Assembly (NCBI GenBank): GCA_000004985.1
Contig: GG738845.1
Source of the DNA: Naegleria gruberi
Taxonomy: Eukaryota
Reading direction: 5' to 3' (one strand)
DNA: 64,000 nucleotides
Shown: piece by piece, positions 46,338 to 58,390 of the stretch
Layout: each line of letters starts with the position of its first letter
How positions within the stretch are numbered: position 1 is the first letter of the stretch
Program-made: the position numbers and the translations under genes
The notes under the pieces: model-generated
The model's database searches: none
What the model was told of the DNA's origin: nothing
What the model saw: only the letters and a program-made list of their open reading frames with translations

Positions 46338-49300
46338 TTAAAACTGGTTTGATGTTGTTTGGCTATTAATTTTAGAGGAAACATGATATTTTCTGACGTT
46401 GGCAATGGCGTTGGCTGCACTCAATTGTAGAGCATCATTTTTGGCACTCAACAGTCTAACCAACAAGTTTACGGTATTACAAATTCGCAACGTTTTAGAG
46501 ACAATTTCATTCTCTGAAAGAACACTTAATGCGTATGAAGTGTTTCTGAAAATGTGATGATAGTGGCAATCGATATCAGATGGTGTAACACCATTGGTTG
46601 GTAAATTCTCATAAAGCTCATCAGTTGCTTCTCCATCTTTGTTTGGTGTTGATGAACTTGATTCCAGTATTGACAAACTTGTAAGCGCGTTTGTGAGGTT
46701 AAGGTATGGAGCACAAACCAGGCTGTGACAAACGAAAGGGGAAATTTTTGATTGAGACTTTTTAAAGCTTTTTTCTTGTAATGGTTGTTGTCCGTTTTGT
46801 TGAATTGAGGAATGACCAAAAGTAAAACTAGCACTTTTTGTCAATTGGTTTTCAGTTGTTGATTTGTTTGGGTTTGCAATAGATAAAATTTCAACCATTG
46901 CTGTATTTTCATAATGCTTTCTATGATTAGAATCATAGTGCTTTTGCAGCATTCTTTGGAATTTGATATTCTCAATGAGAGGATCTACTACTCCCTTTTC
47001 AAAGAAAGAAAGGGAATTATGTTGATGTTTTCCCAATTCTGCAATTGCCAAAGCAGCCATTGAACGTAAGTAGAGATTTTCATCGAGTCTCTGGTTGTAA
47101 TTTGGATTATCGTAGACCAACTTTTTCTTCTCCCCACTTTCAGTTTCATACGTACACATGGAAAAATCATTTGTTTTTGGCTTTGTTGCCATCTGAATCA
47201 TTAATTCGTCAATCCACTTTTGAGTATTTTTCAACATGTTTGCGATGTGAGTACAGGCACCTTCCTCAGTGAAAATGGCTCTGTTAATTGGGTTCTGACT
47301 CATTTTAGCAATGGCAAGGCAAATATTGGCTAGAACAAAAATATCTTTAGAGGATTCCAAAACTCTCACCAGAACACCAATTCCACTAACATATGTCTCA
47401 CCAATTCTGGCAGCAATATCAGCATTGTGGATGCAATTTGAAATGGCCATAGCAGCTGCAGCCTGAATTTCTGGTTTTTCATTTCTCAACATTGACCACA
47501 TTGCCTTCATAGCACCCTGTTTCAGCATGCTGTCAAGGACAGAGTTACAGTTACAAATTCTTCCTAGTATATCTAGACAGTGAACAATTAAATCCGTTTT
47601 GGATGACGAAACCAAGAGAGGTGAGATGTAATCCACTATTCCAGATTTGAAAATCAGCAATTTGGTCCAAGGGAGTTTTGCACAATTGGCAATAATTCCA
47701 GCACACCTAAACTTGATTAATTCATCTGATTTTTCTACAGATTTTGTTTTGAGAAGGCTACTGATATAGTTGGAATCAACAATGACTTCCTCAGGTTCAT
47801 GTATTTCGGATTTTCTTCGTCTTCTGGATGGAGAAAGACTTGCAGAAACATTAACTTTTGGAACTGGTGGCGGCTTTACTTTCTTTTTAGGAATGAAATT
47901 AATATCCAGAAAGCCAGTCAGTGAGGGTAATAATCCTAGCTCGAAAATCTTCTCAGAGTTTTCCATAGAGAATGACGCATTGTACATGGCACCAGTAATG
48001 TATTCCAATAAAATTAGAGATCTCTCTGGATCATTTTTCGATTGTTTCTCACACCTCTTTATCCAACTTCCCATAATTTCAAGGATTGTATTGATCTGTT
48101 CTCTGACATATTCTGTTTTTGTTATTGAGAAAAATGAGGCACAACAGTAAATACTTACTCTCAACTGTTAGATTGAATAATAGTCCAGCCATTACAATTA
48201 GTAAATCTATATGGTACGTATTGGATTTAGTCATTATGTTATTAATCGACGCCACCACTAGTAAAAGCTTCTTAATCATGTTTGAGTTTCTCATTTGAGT
48301 TCGAATATTTTCTAAGAGAAATCACTTTTTAGGGGAGAGTATAATCAAACTTACCATTTTCAGCACAGTGCATGAATGACCCGATCACTGGAACTAAAAG
48401 CTTGTAAGGTCCAATAACTGACGAATCAGCCTCATTTCCAAAATCCTTCAAATAGGTGAACAAATGATCGAGATATATATCTAGTATTGAAATTCCAATA
48501 TCACCTCCAATTTTCACATTTAGAATATCCTCTTGATTAGACTCTTCAATGTTGGTTGCAGTGAGAAAAGTGTTGAAACTTACTTCTTTTAGATGCAGTC
48601 CAGATAACTCGTAAAGAATTGTAAATTATAGAAAGTGCTTCAGAAGGAGTTGAATTTTGTAAAGCCTGTGAGGCAACACTAAACGGCCTGGAAATGGCCA
48701 TTGACTTGTTTCTAAAATGTTCAAATATATTTACAGGTGAATTAGATGATCCATCAAAGAACCCTTTACAATTGTAAAGGAATTGGAACATTTTCTTAAT
48801 TCCTTTTGATTTGGTTATTATTTTTCTAACAGCTAATCTCTCACAACAATTAGCAATTACCTCACAAACTAGTTTTTGGAAAGATATTTGTGCATGTTTG
48901 TCTATCTTCACTCTCGATTGTCTGGTTAGTTCGGAGCTACCCATATTCAATGCTCTTAATAGAGAGGGAATGTTTTCAGCAATAGTAAGTTGAATCCTTG
49001 CTATTTTAATTGTTTGTTAACAACATCTCATCAATACAGGTTCAATACATACAATTATTTGATAAGTGAGATAAAATATTGGCTGCTCCCACACGAATTC
49101 TTTCATCTCCATTATATTCGAATAATTTAATAAATGTGGGTATACCTCCACATTCCACAATTGCGTATTGGTTACTCACTAATGAAAAAATGATTAGATT
49201 AATCTAAACTGAAGAACTTACCATCCCCCATATCTAAATCTTGGAAAAATGAAATTGCCAAAATGATATTTCTTTGAGATGTAGTTGAGATTGTGGTGGC

Positions 49301-49390
49301 TGAAGAGGTTGTTGGATGACCCACCTGTTTTGTATCCTTTTCTTTAAAATCACTCTCTGGGGTATTCTGTCTAACAACCTTGACCATCTT
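46338..49390 (-). CDS. Armadillo-repeat protein, multi-exon (at least 4 exons), possibly a ciliary ARMC3/ARMC4-like protein
   Basis: Exon 1 (about 49390..49207) ends ...DMGDG with a GTAAGT donor. Exon 2 (about 49168..49035) encodes the ARM repeat VSNQYAIVECGGIPTFIKLFEYNGDERIRVGAANILSHLSNN. A GTATGT intron leads into ORF 48546..48950 (SRIQLTIAENIPSLLRALNMGSSELTRQSRV...CEVIANCCERLAV). Further exons include ORF 48329..48517 and the 608-aa ORF 46338..48164 with many ARM-like repeats (AGIIANCAKLP; AMAISNCIHNAD; ANICLAIAKMS; AANAIANV). Confidence 0.55.
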
Positions 49391-49439
49391 ATTGATTCTG
49401 GCAACCAATGGTGAGACATCATCTTGACAAGGCAGGTCA

Positions 49440-50534
49440 TTAACAAATGAAATGGTGAAACTTACGATTTTTGGGTAAGGTAACAGCTATCGACTCTTCT
49501 TCATCGCTCGAGTCAGTTGTCTTTGTAAACATGGTGCTTTTCTCAAGCTCCTTTACCTTGCTTTTGGTTAGATTGTCCTTTTTTAAAAATCTTGGGTCAG
49601 TAGATATTCCTTTCTGTTCCAAGAGAAAGGAGTAAGTGAAGATTTCCTTCTTTTTCTTTTGTTTTGGTTTTGATTCCTTTGGTGGCATCATAACTGGAGA
49701 CGGGGTCGAACTGATTCTGCTCAATGCATCAAGATTATTCCCATTATTAAGTGTTTCATATCTATCTGTTGGAATATTCTGGTTAAAAGTTACGGACATT
49801 CTTCGTTTCCTTTCTTCTAAATTTATGTTATCTGACATCGTTAATTCCTTTGGAGTTTCATTGGCTGCAATCAGTCTAGATTGGGATCTGAGTCTGGACA
49901 TTGTTGTGTTTCTAACTAAACTATTTGATCTTTCCCTTCTTCTAAAAGCAATAAAATTTGAAAAGAGGTGGAGTTCGAATTGAGCTATAAAATTATTAAA
50001 TTGAAGTCTTCGGAACAAATCTGATTCTTTAACTTTGGCATTTTCTTGCTCAATCAGATCTTTTATGGTGTCTTCAAATTCGTTAAGATTTTTACTAATA
50101 TCTTCCTCCACTGTCAAGTTTTGATTATTTTTCCCAGAACTCAATAATAATAGTTTCTTATTGTTTTGTAAAAATGATTTCATTTCCTGAAACAATTTAC
50201 CCCACTTTTCTGCGTTTTCTAAATGATTTAAAAAGGAATAAATAGTTCTAAACTCCACTGCAGATGATTTTTTCTCCAACTCTATTCCCATTTGATCTCT
50301 TGACAGACATGTCTCATATCTAATCACTAAATCATTCGGAAGTATCAAATGAAACAACTCCATAAAGGCAGATTTTTGTATCATTCCTTTCTGGTATTGT
50401 TGTTGTTGATTTTGGTAATCCACAAATAAATTATGTAAGGCATTTCCGATATACTCTAACACGTGAATATGCTGTTCATTAGACAAATCCAATGCAGTTA
50501 AATTTTTAAATTGTGCCGAAACAAAATTGCCCAT
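49440..50534 (-). CDS. Hypothetical protein of 364 aa with an N-myristoylation-type start (MGNFVS)
   Basis: Long ORF. A TTTTGGCGCCAAA palindrome lies about 65 bp upstream of its ATG (50599..50611). No family recognised. Confidence 0.45.
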   Translation of the reverse strand: MGNFVSAQFKNLTALDLSNEQHIHVLEYIGNALHNLFVDYQNQQQQYQKGMIQKSAFMELFHLILPNDLVIRYETCLSRDQMGIELEKKSSAVEFRTIYSFLNHLENAEKWGKLFQEMKSFLQNNKKLLLLSSGKNNQNLTVEEDISKNLNEFEDTIKDLIEQENAKVKESDLFRRLQFNNFIAQFELHLFSNFIAFRRRERSNSLVRNTTMSRLRSQSRLIAANETPKELTMSDNINLEERKRRMSVTFNQNIPTDRYETLNNGNNLDALSRISSTPSPVMMPPKESKPKQKKKKEIFTYSFLLEQKGISTDPRFLKKDNLTKSKVKELEKSTMFTKTTDSSDEEESIAVTLPKNRKFHHFIC

Positions 50535-50598
50535 CCTTGTCTAAGTTTTTCATTAATCAATTTTTTTTTAAATGAAAAATTGTAGTGTTGGCGGTGGA

Positions 50599-50611
50599 TT
50601 TTGGCGCCAAA
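50599..50611. promoter_or_regulatory. E2F-like palindrome TTTTGGCGCCAAA
   Basis: Located in the 130-bp spacer between two minus-strand genes, about 65 bp upstream of the ATG of the MGNFVS gene. Confidence 0.45.
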
Positions 50612-50663
50612 GTTTTGAAAGATTTACTCAAGTTCTGAATAACATCATTTTATTGCTCTAATC

Positions 50664-52307
50664 TTATATCGATAGAGAGATGATTGTTCTTCCTTTGTAT
50701 TTCTTTCCAGATAAACCTTTTTGGGCGGCTTCTGCAGATTGTGTGTCTGCAAATTTCACTAGAATTCTTCCATTATTTTCTCCATAATTATATGTATTAG
50801 GTTCTGATTGATCGAATGGTATTGTGATTTGTAATACTTTCCCAAAAGTAGAGCACTCATTTTGAAAATCTCTCTTAATTTCTTCAAATCTTGATACGTC
50901 TTCTGGAAGGTTCAAACAGTTTAGGAAAACTACAGTTGAACTGTGTTGAGTTGACTTATTTTCGTGGAGTGGCACCTGCTGTAAGGCAATGTCATATTTT
51001 ACATTGAGATCTAACACTCTTCCAATAGCAGCCTTTTTTGGGTCGGCATCCAATTGCTGTCTATATTGTTGTTGAATTTCTATAACTCTGTCACTCTCTG
51101 TTAATTCAAATTTTGCTTCACATGGGGCTCTCTGAACCAGTAAAAATGTGTTATCAGAAATTTTTTGGAAAATTCTACTAAAGTCCTCTTGAGATATTAA
51201 CCCCATACTTTTCATTTCTTCCAATAATTGTCTTTGGGTTACCTTGTTCATTTCAGCTGTTACTTGATTGGTATTACCATAAAAATCACAGAAAATAAAT
51301 CCATCATTACCATATTGGTTGTCAGTTTCAAATATTCCTTTAGGAACATGAATGGATTTAAGTGCAGAAATATTCTGATTCTTTCTTGCTAAATATCCAC
51401 AAATTTGTTTCAAACTCAATTCTTTAGGCAAATTACCAATAAAGAGCTTATTTGGTGAATCGAGAATAAAACCATTTTTGCTAGGCATAACATCTATAAG
51501 TACATCATTGACAATTTGATTGGAAATAGCACTTCCACTTGATTTTCCTCCATTTGCTCTATTGTAAGTATAGCAAATTGTCACTTGAGGATCTACAAAA
51601 TCCTTTGGTCTATTGATCTTTAGTATAGATCCTCTGAATTGAGTACCATTTAAACAATTAACACAATAGGTTGCCTCTTGTGGTGTTCTAAAATCTACGA
51701 AAGCATAACCCTTGTGCATGGAAATTTGAATGACATTGTCATCAGTAAATTGATATTGTGAATTGTATCCACTGTTTGCATTTGAAGCACCTGTAGACAT
51801 GATCAACAACTCCAATGAATTTGCTGGTTGAGGATTGTATTTATGATTCGTATAGTCCATTCCAGCTTTTCTTAATTGAATAGTAAAGAATTCTATAATA
51901 TCCCTTTCACTTGAATTATCGGGTATACCTCCAACATAAATTTTACGAAGTTGTTTATATTGTGGATCTGTTAAACTAATTCCTGATGAACCTAAAAACA
52001 AGCCAGCACCCGATGTATTAATTTGTTGTGCTGAAACTCCTAGATTATTCTTGTTAACAATATTGGCATTATCATTCCTATTGACAATTCGTTCCATGTT
52101 GTTATTAAAGCTTGGTAACTTGACAATACCATACAATGTACCAGGGATAGCATCCTTCATCAAATCTTGTGGTGTCATATCGAATAGAGATTTTTGTACT
52201 TTTGTATTCAGTTGTATTGATTGCGAAATTTGTTGTTTCATCTTGTTTAAAATCGATTGATTCAAGTGCTCCGATGAAGGAACAGAGGAGTTATTATTTG
52301 ATGACAT
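50664..52307 (-). CDS. U2AF65-family splicing factor with three RRMs including a C-terminal UHM
   Basis: RRM1 (KIYVGGIPDNSSERDIIEFF...KGYAFVDF). RRM2 (KLFIGNLPKELSLKQICGYL). C-terminal UHM (STVVFLNCLNLPEDVSRFEEIKRDFQNECSTFGKVLQITIP...GRILVKFADTQSAEAAQKGLSGKKYKGRTIISLSI). The start is probably MSSNNNSS, so the ORF-track N-terminus is over-extended. Confidence 0.6.
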   Translation of the reverse strand: MSSNNNSSVPSSEHLNQSILNKMKQQISQSIQLNTKVQKSLFDMTPQDLMKDAIPGTLYGIVKLPSFNNNMERIVNRNDNANIVNKNNLGVSAQQINTSGAGLFLGSSGISLTDPQYKQLRKIYVGGIPDNSSERDIIEFFTIQLRKAGMDYTNHKYNPQPANSLELLIMSTGASNANSGYNSQYQFTDDNVIQISMHKGYAFVDFRTPQEATYCVNCLNGTQFRGSILKINRPKDFVDPQVTICYTYNRANGGKSSGSAISNQIVNDVLIDVMPSKNGFILDSPNKLFIGNLPKELSLKQICGYLARKNQNISALKSIHVPKGIFETDNQYGNDGFIFCDFYGNTNQVTAEMNKVTQRQLLEEMKSMGLISQEDFSRIFQKISDNTFLLVQRAPCEAKFELTESDRVIEIQQQYRQQLDADPKKAAIGRVLDLNVKYDIALQQVPLHENKSTQHSSTVVFLNCLNLPEDVSRFEEIKRDFQNECSTFGKVLQITIPFDQSEPNTYNYGENNGRILVKFADTQSAEAAQKGLSGKKYKGRTIISLSI

Positions 52308-52461
52308 TTTTTTTAATATTAAATTGATTTTTATTTTCTTTATTATTTGAACCTGAATGTTGTTAGTGGCATCATTAAAACCACATTGGACCAACATAAT
52401 ATCAATAATTAAGCAATGTTAAAATCTCCCGCCGAGATGTATCGTAGTTAACATCAAAAAA

Positions 52462-54018
52462 ATGGATTCACCTGGACGAGCAAATCACAGCACATCAAAC
52501 AATTCAAAAACAACATCATTAAATAACAACAACGGAGGGCCTTTACGAATAAGCGTTCAAAACCAAGGATCTTCAAACAATTTTTCTTCTCCTGTTAGTC
52601 CATCATCGGGAAACCTTGGATCACCTTATAAAATGCAGAAAAAGTTTGATTCATATGAAACAGCCCTTAACAGCAAATTGAGACTGGAAACTCCACCAAC
52701 CGAAGAGGATTTAAAGTCAGAAATACCCAGTCAAAAAAAGTATGATCAAATATTACAAAATGTTGAGAATGTTGTAAAACAACAAACATCGTTTATGAAT
52801 TCGGATTCAATCACTGGCAATGTTGCTACATCAAGGCCAGAAACTAAGTTGAAACAAAAAAAGAAAAAGAAAGGAAGTGCTCTGTATAATCCAACAGGGG
52901 CTAGTGAAACCAGTTATATGGAATTGTATAATAATTTAAGAGAAAAATATCAGACGCTACTTGCTGAAAATCTAAGACAACAAGAAGTATTCAAATTGAG
53001 GCACGATACATTTTTGAAACGAGAGCAACAATCTAAGGAAATAGAAACTGAGCTACATGAGAAAATGAGAGAATCCATGATTGCTAGGGGAGCTGCTGGG
53101 GATCATATGCAACATTTAGTATTAATGAAAGAAAAAATTCAAGAAGGAGTAACTCTAATGAGATTGGAAACTCAAAGACTTTTGGATGGAAAAGAAAAAG
53201 AATTTGGAAGAAAAATAGAGGAAATGATTAGGAGATTCGACAGAGATCTTGCTGATGAAAAGAAAATTAATACGTCAGGAGAACGAGAGTGGAGGGAAAA
53301 GAGTAAATCTTTGAAGAAAGAGTTGGATAATTCAACTGCTCAAGTCATTAAGGTTGACCAACTCAATCATGAGCTGATGAAGGAAAACCAAAAATTAAAA
53401 ATTCAATTTGCAGCCCAAGAAGATGACAGAAACTATCTAGCAAAACATATTGCAAAAACTAAAAGAGACAATGAAAAGCTAAAAGAGGAAACCAAAAGAC
53501 TTCAGGAAGAACTTCAAAGATGCAATAATATAATTAAGGAAATGCAACTTTTAAAACCAATGAGCCCTACAACTCCATCTTTTGCAAATAACAAATCTTC
53601 AATAACCAGTCCTAGAGATAGGGACTCTTCTTCAATCTACACAGTGAATCACTTATCAATTTTGGAACCAGAAGAAAAGGAAAGAAGATTTTTAGAGGCA
53701 AATAACAAACTAAAGAAACTTCTTGATCAAGAAAGGAGAAACATTAGGCAAATTAGAGCTCAAAATATAAGAATATTAGAGGAAAGAACAGAATTAGAAA
53801 TATTCTTAAAGAGTTGTATTGAAGATGTAAAAGAAGAAGTGCGAAGAATGAAGGGAGAAAAGGGAGATAATGAATTCCATAAAAGGGATAGAATGAGAGT
53901 GATAGAGTTACTTCTTTCAAAAGAAAGAGTCATCAAAATACTGTATGAAAGAATGTTTGACAAACCACCAGAAAAAGATTTTGATGTAGAAAGTCAACAC
54001 CAACAGTTTACAGAATAA
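52462..54018 (+). CDS. Coiled-coil protein of 518 aa, possibly ciliary/basal-body associated (BBOF1/CCDC176-like)
   Basis: Ser/Asn-rich N-terminus, then continuous heptad-rich sequence. The C-terminal block is conserved-looking (ELEIFLKSCIEDVKEEVRRMKGEK...RVIELLLSKERVIKILYERMF). Confidence 0.35.
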   Translation: MDSPGRANHSTSNNSKTTSLNNNNGGPLRISVQNQGSSNNFSSPVSPSSGNLGSPYKMQKKFDSYETALNSKLRLETPPTEEDLKSEIPSQKKYDQILQNVENVVKQQTSFMNSDSITGNVATSRPETKLKQKKKKKGSALYNPTGASETSYMELYNNLREKYQTLLAENLRQQEVFKLRHDTFLKREQQSKEIETELHEKMRESMIARGAAGDHMQHLVLMKEKIQEGVTLMRLETQRLLDGKEKEFGRKIEEMIRRFDRDLADEKKINTSGEREWREKSKSLKKELDNSTAQVIKVDQLNHELMKENQKLKIQFAAQEDDRNYLAKHIAKTKRDNEKLKEETKRLQEELQRCNNIIKEMQLLKPMSPTTPSFANNKSSITSPRDRDSSSIYTVNHLSILEPEEKERRFLEANNKLKKLLDQERRNIRQIRAQNIRILEERTELEIFLKSCIEDVKEEVRRMKGEKGDNEFHKRDRMRVIELLLSKERVIKILYERMFDKPPEKDFDVESQHQQFTE

Positions 54019-54066
54019 ATTGGAAATATTTATTTTAGGACAACATTTGAAATATATTATTCTATA

Positions 54067-55630
54067 TTATGATATTTCCAAAATTCTAGAAATAAACGCA
54101 CACCATTCATTTCTTTCATTTTCATTCTTAGCAGTAACATTGATTGACTTTTTCCTCTCCTTTCCAATCTCACATACAATCTCAAAAATGGAAGTGTTTT
54201 TAGAACTAATCTTGAGAGTGGCACAAGCTAGACTGAAACACGAAATCATACTCTTTTCGCCTTCATCGGTAAATATACAAATTCCAGAGTTTGAAATTTT
54301 AACCCATTTATCCTTATTATCAAAGTAACTAGTGGTTATCCTTAACCATCCCTTTTTGGTAACATGAGCTCGCTTCTTTCCACCTGTTGCGAAAAAATCA
54401 TCCAAACCCAGCTCGTTAATAATTTTCTTTTGCAAGATTGCATAGCTCATTTCCATAGATGAGGAATCATTTTCAGAATTATTCAAAGAGGTTTGAGAAA
54501 CAAGACCTGTCATACCACTCAAAACTGAAGACAACTCGTCAAAACAATTGGATATCGATGCCGAATCTTTAAGAAATTGAGTCCTAAAGTTTCTCAACTC
54601 TCTATTGCATTCTGTGGCGTCGTTGTGTGCCTTTTTAATCTTGCTGGGTGGTTGTTTTTTCTCAAGCATTTCTTTTAACTTCTTTTCGTTTTCCTGTAAT
54701 TCATCCATATTTTGTTTCAACTTTTAAAGTAAATTGAAATTCAAACACTGTGAAAATACAAACCTCGTTAATTCTAACTCTGGCTTGTACATGAGCCATA
54801 TCTCGTTCTGCTTGATATTTTTCCATCTTTTGTTGTAAATCATTGATTTGTTTCTTTAAAAATTCGACTTCTGTTTTCTCACTTTTTTCTGAATTTTTTC
54901 TCAAAAGATCTGCTTTCTTCTCCTCGTTCCTTTCCTTTTCTTCAAAACTCTGTATAATGGTTTTAAGTTTTGAAATTTCATCTTTCATATCCTCTATTTT
55001 ATATTTGTACTCAATTGACTGTTCTTTGATTTGGGAAAATTTCTCCAATAAGCATTCTTTTTCGTGTGCTTCTTGTTGAAGTCTTTACAGAGTTAGAATA
55101 TTTTTAATCAGTAGGAACTTACTTTTCGATTTCTTGTCCCAATTCTTTACAAGTATACTGTAACTTGTTTCTTTCCTTTCGAGAATCATCAATTATCTTA
55201 TCCAAGTCAATAAATGATAAAATAATAAACTCCATACCTCCTCCAAGTTTTCAATTCTATGTTTCAGTGCATCATTATCCTCCTCTAAATATCCTTTTGC
55301 TTTTTGATATTCATCCTTCTCCGTCCTCTCCAATGCTAACTGATTTTCCAAGTACCTCACTCTTTTCAATAGTTTTTGTCCAAATTCCACTGCTTTTATC
55401 ATTTCCTGTTCTCTCTGGGCATATAATTGTGCCAATGGAATATCACAATATTCATCCTCATTTGTATTACTATCAGATGTTTTTTCCGTCATTGATGAAT
55501 TAATTTCTACTACATTTTCCTGATTTTCTTCAAAGTATTCATCATCCTCAAGATGTCCATTTTCCCTTAGACTACCAATATTTCCAGAAGAGCCAAAACC
55601 CTTCTCTACAAGATTCAAACTTGGTATCAT
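54067..55630 (-). CDS. Coiled-coil protein with a C-terminal PH domain. About 4 exons on the minus strand
   Basis: Exons include ORFs 55630..55193, 55048..54701 and 54720..54067, joined by short GTATGG, GTAAGT and GTTTGT introns. The C-terminus has a PH-like fold (KKGWLRITTSYFDNKDKWVKISNSGICIFTDEGEK...LKISSKNTSIFEIVCEIGKERKKSINVTAKNENERNEWCAFISRI). Confidence 0.5.
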
Positions 55631-55891
55631 GATGATGATGATAATATTATATTGTCGAGTAGAGTGGTGTTGTTGGATACGGTCAAATTAAGGCAATTTT
55701 TCGCAGTAGATTCTTGAAAACTCCTGTGTTATATTTGATTGAAAGGGTGATTGTTCAATCTCTATCATGATACCTATTGAAGTTAGTTTTTATTGACAAA
55801 CAAAAACAAATAAAAAGAAATCTCTCTTTGCATCAATGAAGAGAGGGTTTAAAGTTGATTACTTTCCACTAATAAAAACTTGGTGGCAAAG

Positions 55892-55904
55892 TTTGGCGCC
55901 AAAA
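55892..55904. promoter_or_regulatory. E2F-like palindrome TTTGGCGCCAAAA in the CDC27/APC3 promoter
   Basis: 28 bp upstream of the CDC27 ATG (55932). Flanked by TTGGTGGCAAAG. Confidence 0.5.
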
Positions 55905-55931
55905 TTTTATTGATTTTTAAAATTAAAAAAA

Positions 55932-58367
55932 ATGGAAACATTCATCAGGCATTTTGTTCATCAATCCTTGTCCTTCCATCTTCATGAAAATGCAATTTTT
56001 CTATGTGAAAGATTGTTTGCGGAAAGCCCATCAATCCCTCACCTGTTATTGATGGCCCAAACATATTTTGAGTCGGGACAATATAGTGTTGCTTATCACT
56101 TGCTAAAATTTCATTCTTCAAAATGGGATGTTCCCTTTAGAACCAACACTTTATCATCGGATCCAGAATTGTCAAAAAGTTTCTTTGATTTTATGGATCC
56201 ACAAGAAAGTATCTTTTATTTATTTTCTTTATGTTGTATTAAATTGGAACACTACAGTGATGCTGAAAGATATTTGAGGAAATGTCACGAACATAATGAA
56301 AATAACGCTATTATTAATTATTGGCTTGGAATAGTCTACAAGTTGACTTGTAGAAAAGAGTTGGCAATTTATCACTTCCATAGAAGTGTCACTCTTTGTC
56401 CAATGTTATGGACTGCCTACGAACAACTAACCCAACTAGGATATGACAAAGTAGAATCGGATGGATTGTTTGATTCCAACAAGGCCACTTCACTTTTTGA
56501 AAGATTTTCTCAAATGTATTCTAATTTAACTGGAAACCAACCAAATAGTCTTACCAATATTCCTTTGATGCCCAATTTTAATTTTACTCCAATGCAAAAC
56601 ACAGGCACTGAATTTAATTCTAATCCACTTATTGATCGTGACACAATTATGGATCAGCCATTTATTCAACTTTCAAATGATCATGCAGGAATTTCATCTA
56701 CCCCAAGCAAATCAAAGTAAGTTTCGAATTTTATTTAATTGTAAGAATATTATGATTTTAGATCAGGAAATGACTTGATAAGCTCCAATATAATCAATAC
56801 ATCCACTGCTAAAACACCAAACATCTCATCAACTAAAAGCAAAACTAGAACTAGTATAGGAAGTGCTTCAAGAAGTAGTTTAGGAAATGATCTACTCAAT
56901 AGCACTTCAACACAACAAACTCCAAATTCATTCTTCTATAGAACTCCTTCTCCTCAACAGTCTCCTTCCTCAATTATTAATCACCCACCAGTGTTAGCTC
57001 AAAAACCAAAACCTCCAAGAAAGAGCCAAACCATCACTGGAGTCACAACAAAGAAAATATCATTCGACTCTGCCGATAAAAAGCTAGGAAGATCAAGTAT
57101 TACAAGCTCGAGTAGCGAGTCAGAAGAATCTCCATTCCTTCTCTATCCAACCCAAACATCTCATTCCTTCTCTAAAAATTACAGAGCATCTCCACAAAGA
57201 CCATACCAAAGAGATTCTCTGCCTAATCAACCAGAATTAATTTTGAGTGCAACAACACCTCTTCCATCAATTCCTTTGGATCCAAGTTCTGTATCATTCC
57301 CTTCCTTCAGCACATGGCAGTCAACATTTTCATTTAATTATAAGAAAGTTACTGTAAATGATGTAAGGGCAATACTCTCCCTCCTTTATGCACATGCCAT
57401 ACCATACAAATTCTTTTCCCAATACAAAGGAAAGGAAGCCATAGAGGCTTTCGAAAGACTTCCTCCAAAACATTATCAAAGTGGGTGGACGTTACAACAT
57501 GTGGGAAGATCTCATTTCGAGATGGCTCAATATGAAGATGCAGAAACTGCATTCGAAAAGATACAAATGAATGAGCCATACAGATTGGAAGGATTGGAAA
57601 TATACAGCACCATATTGTGGCACTTGAAAAAAGATAAGAAGCTCAGTTATCTTGCTCAACATATGAGTGAAATTGATAAAATGGCACCACAAACATTGTG
57701 TGCCATCGGTAACTGTTTCAGTCAACAAAAGGACCATGAGACAGCCTTAAAATTCTTCGAACGAGCTACAAAAGTTAATAATCTTTTCACCTATGCCTAT
57801 ACATTAGCTGGCCATGAAAGAGCTGCAAATGATGATTTGGATGGTGCATTACAATGCTATAGACATGCAATTAGAATAGATGACAGACATTATAATGCAT
57901 GGTATGGTATTGGCACAGTTTACTTTAGACAGGAAAAGTATCAATTGGCTATGTATCATTTCTCCAAAGCCATCAGTATTAATTCTAAGAGTTCAGTACT
58001 CTATTGTTATGCGGGTATGGCAGAAGCTGCCTGTAATCACTTTGAGTCAGCAATTAAAATGTTCACTTGTGCCATCAAGATTCATCCACAAAACCCAATG
58101 CCCAAATTTAAGAAAGCTAATGCCCTCATATCACTCCAAAAGTATAACGAAGCACTGGAAGAATTGAAAGAACTGAAGCATATGGTTCCAAAAGAATCTC
58201 AAATTTACTTTACATGTGGTAAAATTTATGCCTCCAGAAAGCAGAAAGACCTGGCTTTGTATGAGTTTAATATTGCTCTCGATTTAGATGGCTCTAAAGA
58301 AAATCCTCTCATTAAAGAAGCTATTGCAAAGCTCTATGAGATGGATGATGAAAAACTTGAAGAATAA
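55932..58367 (+). CDS. CDC27: Anaphase-promoting complex subunit CDC27/APC3. Two exons, about 55932..56718 and 56763..58367
   Basis: N-terminal TPR region. A 44-nt intron (GTAAGT...GATTTTAG, phase 2) joins ...PSKSK to SGNDLISSNIINTS. The C-terminal 330 aa are near-collinear with metazoan CDC27 TPRs (YNAWYGIGTVYFRQEKYQLAMYHFSKAISINSKSSVLYCYAGMAE...NPMPKFKKANALISLQKYNEALEELKELKHMVPKESQIYFTCGKIYA...LALYEFNIALDLD). A TTTGGCGCCAAAA palindrome lies at 55892..55904, 28 bp upstream of the ATG. Confidence 0.85.
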
Positions 58368-58390
58368 AGACTTTTTATATCATTGTCAAA

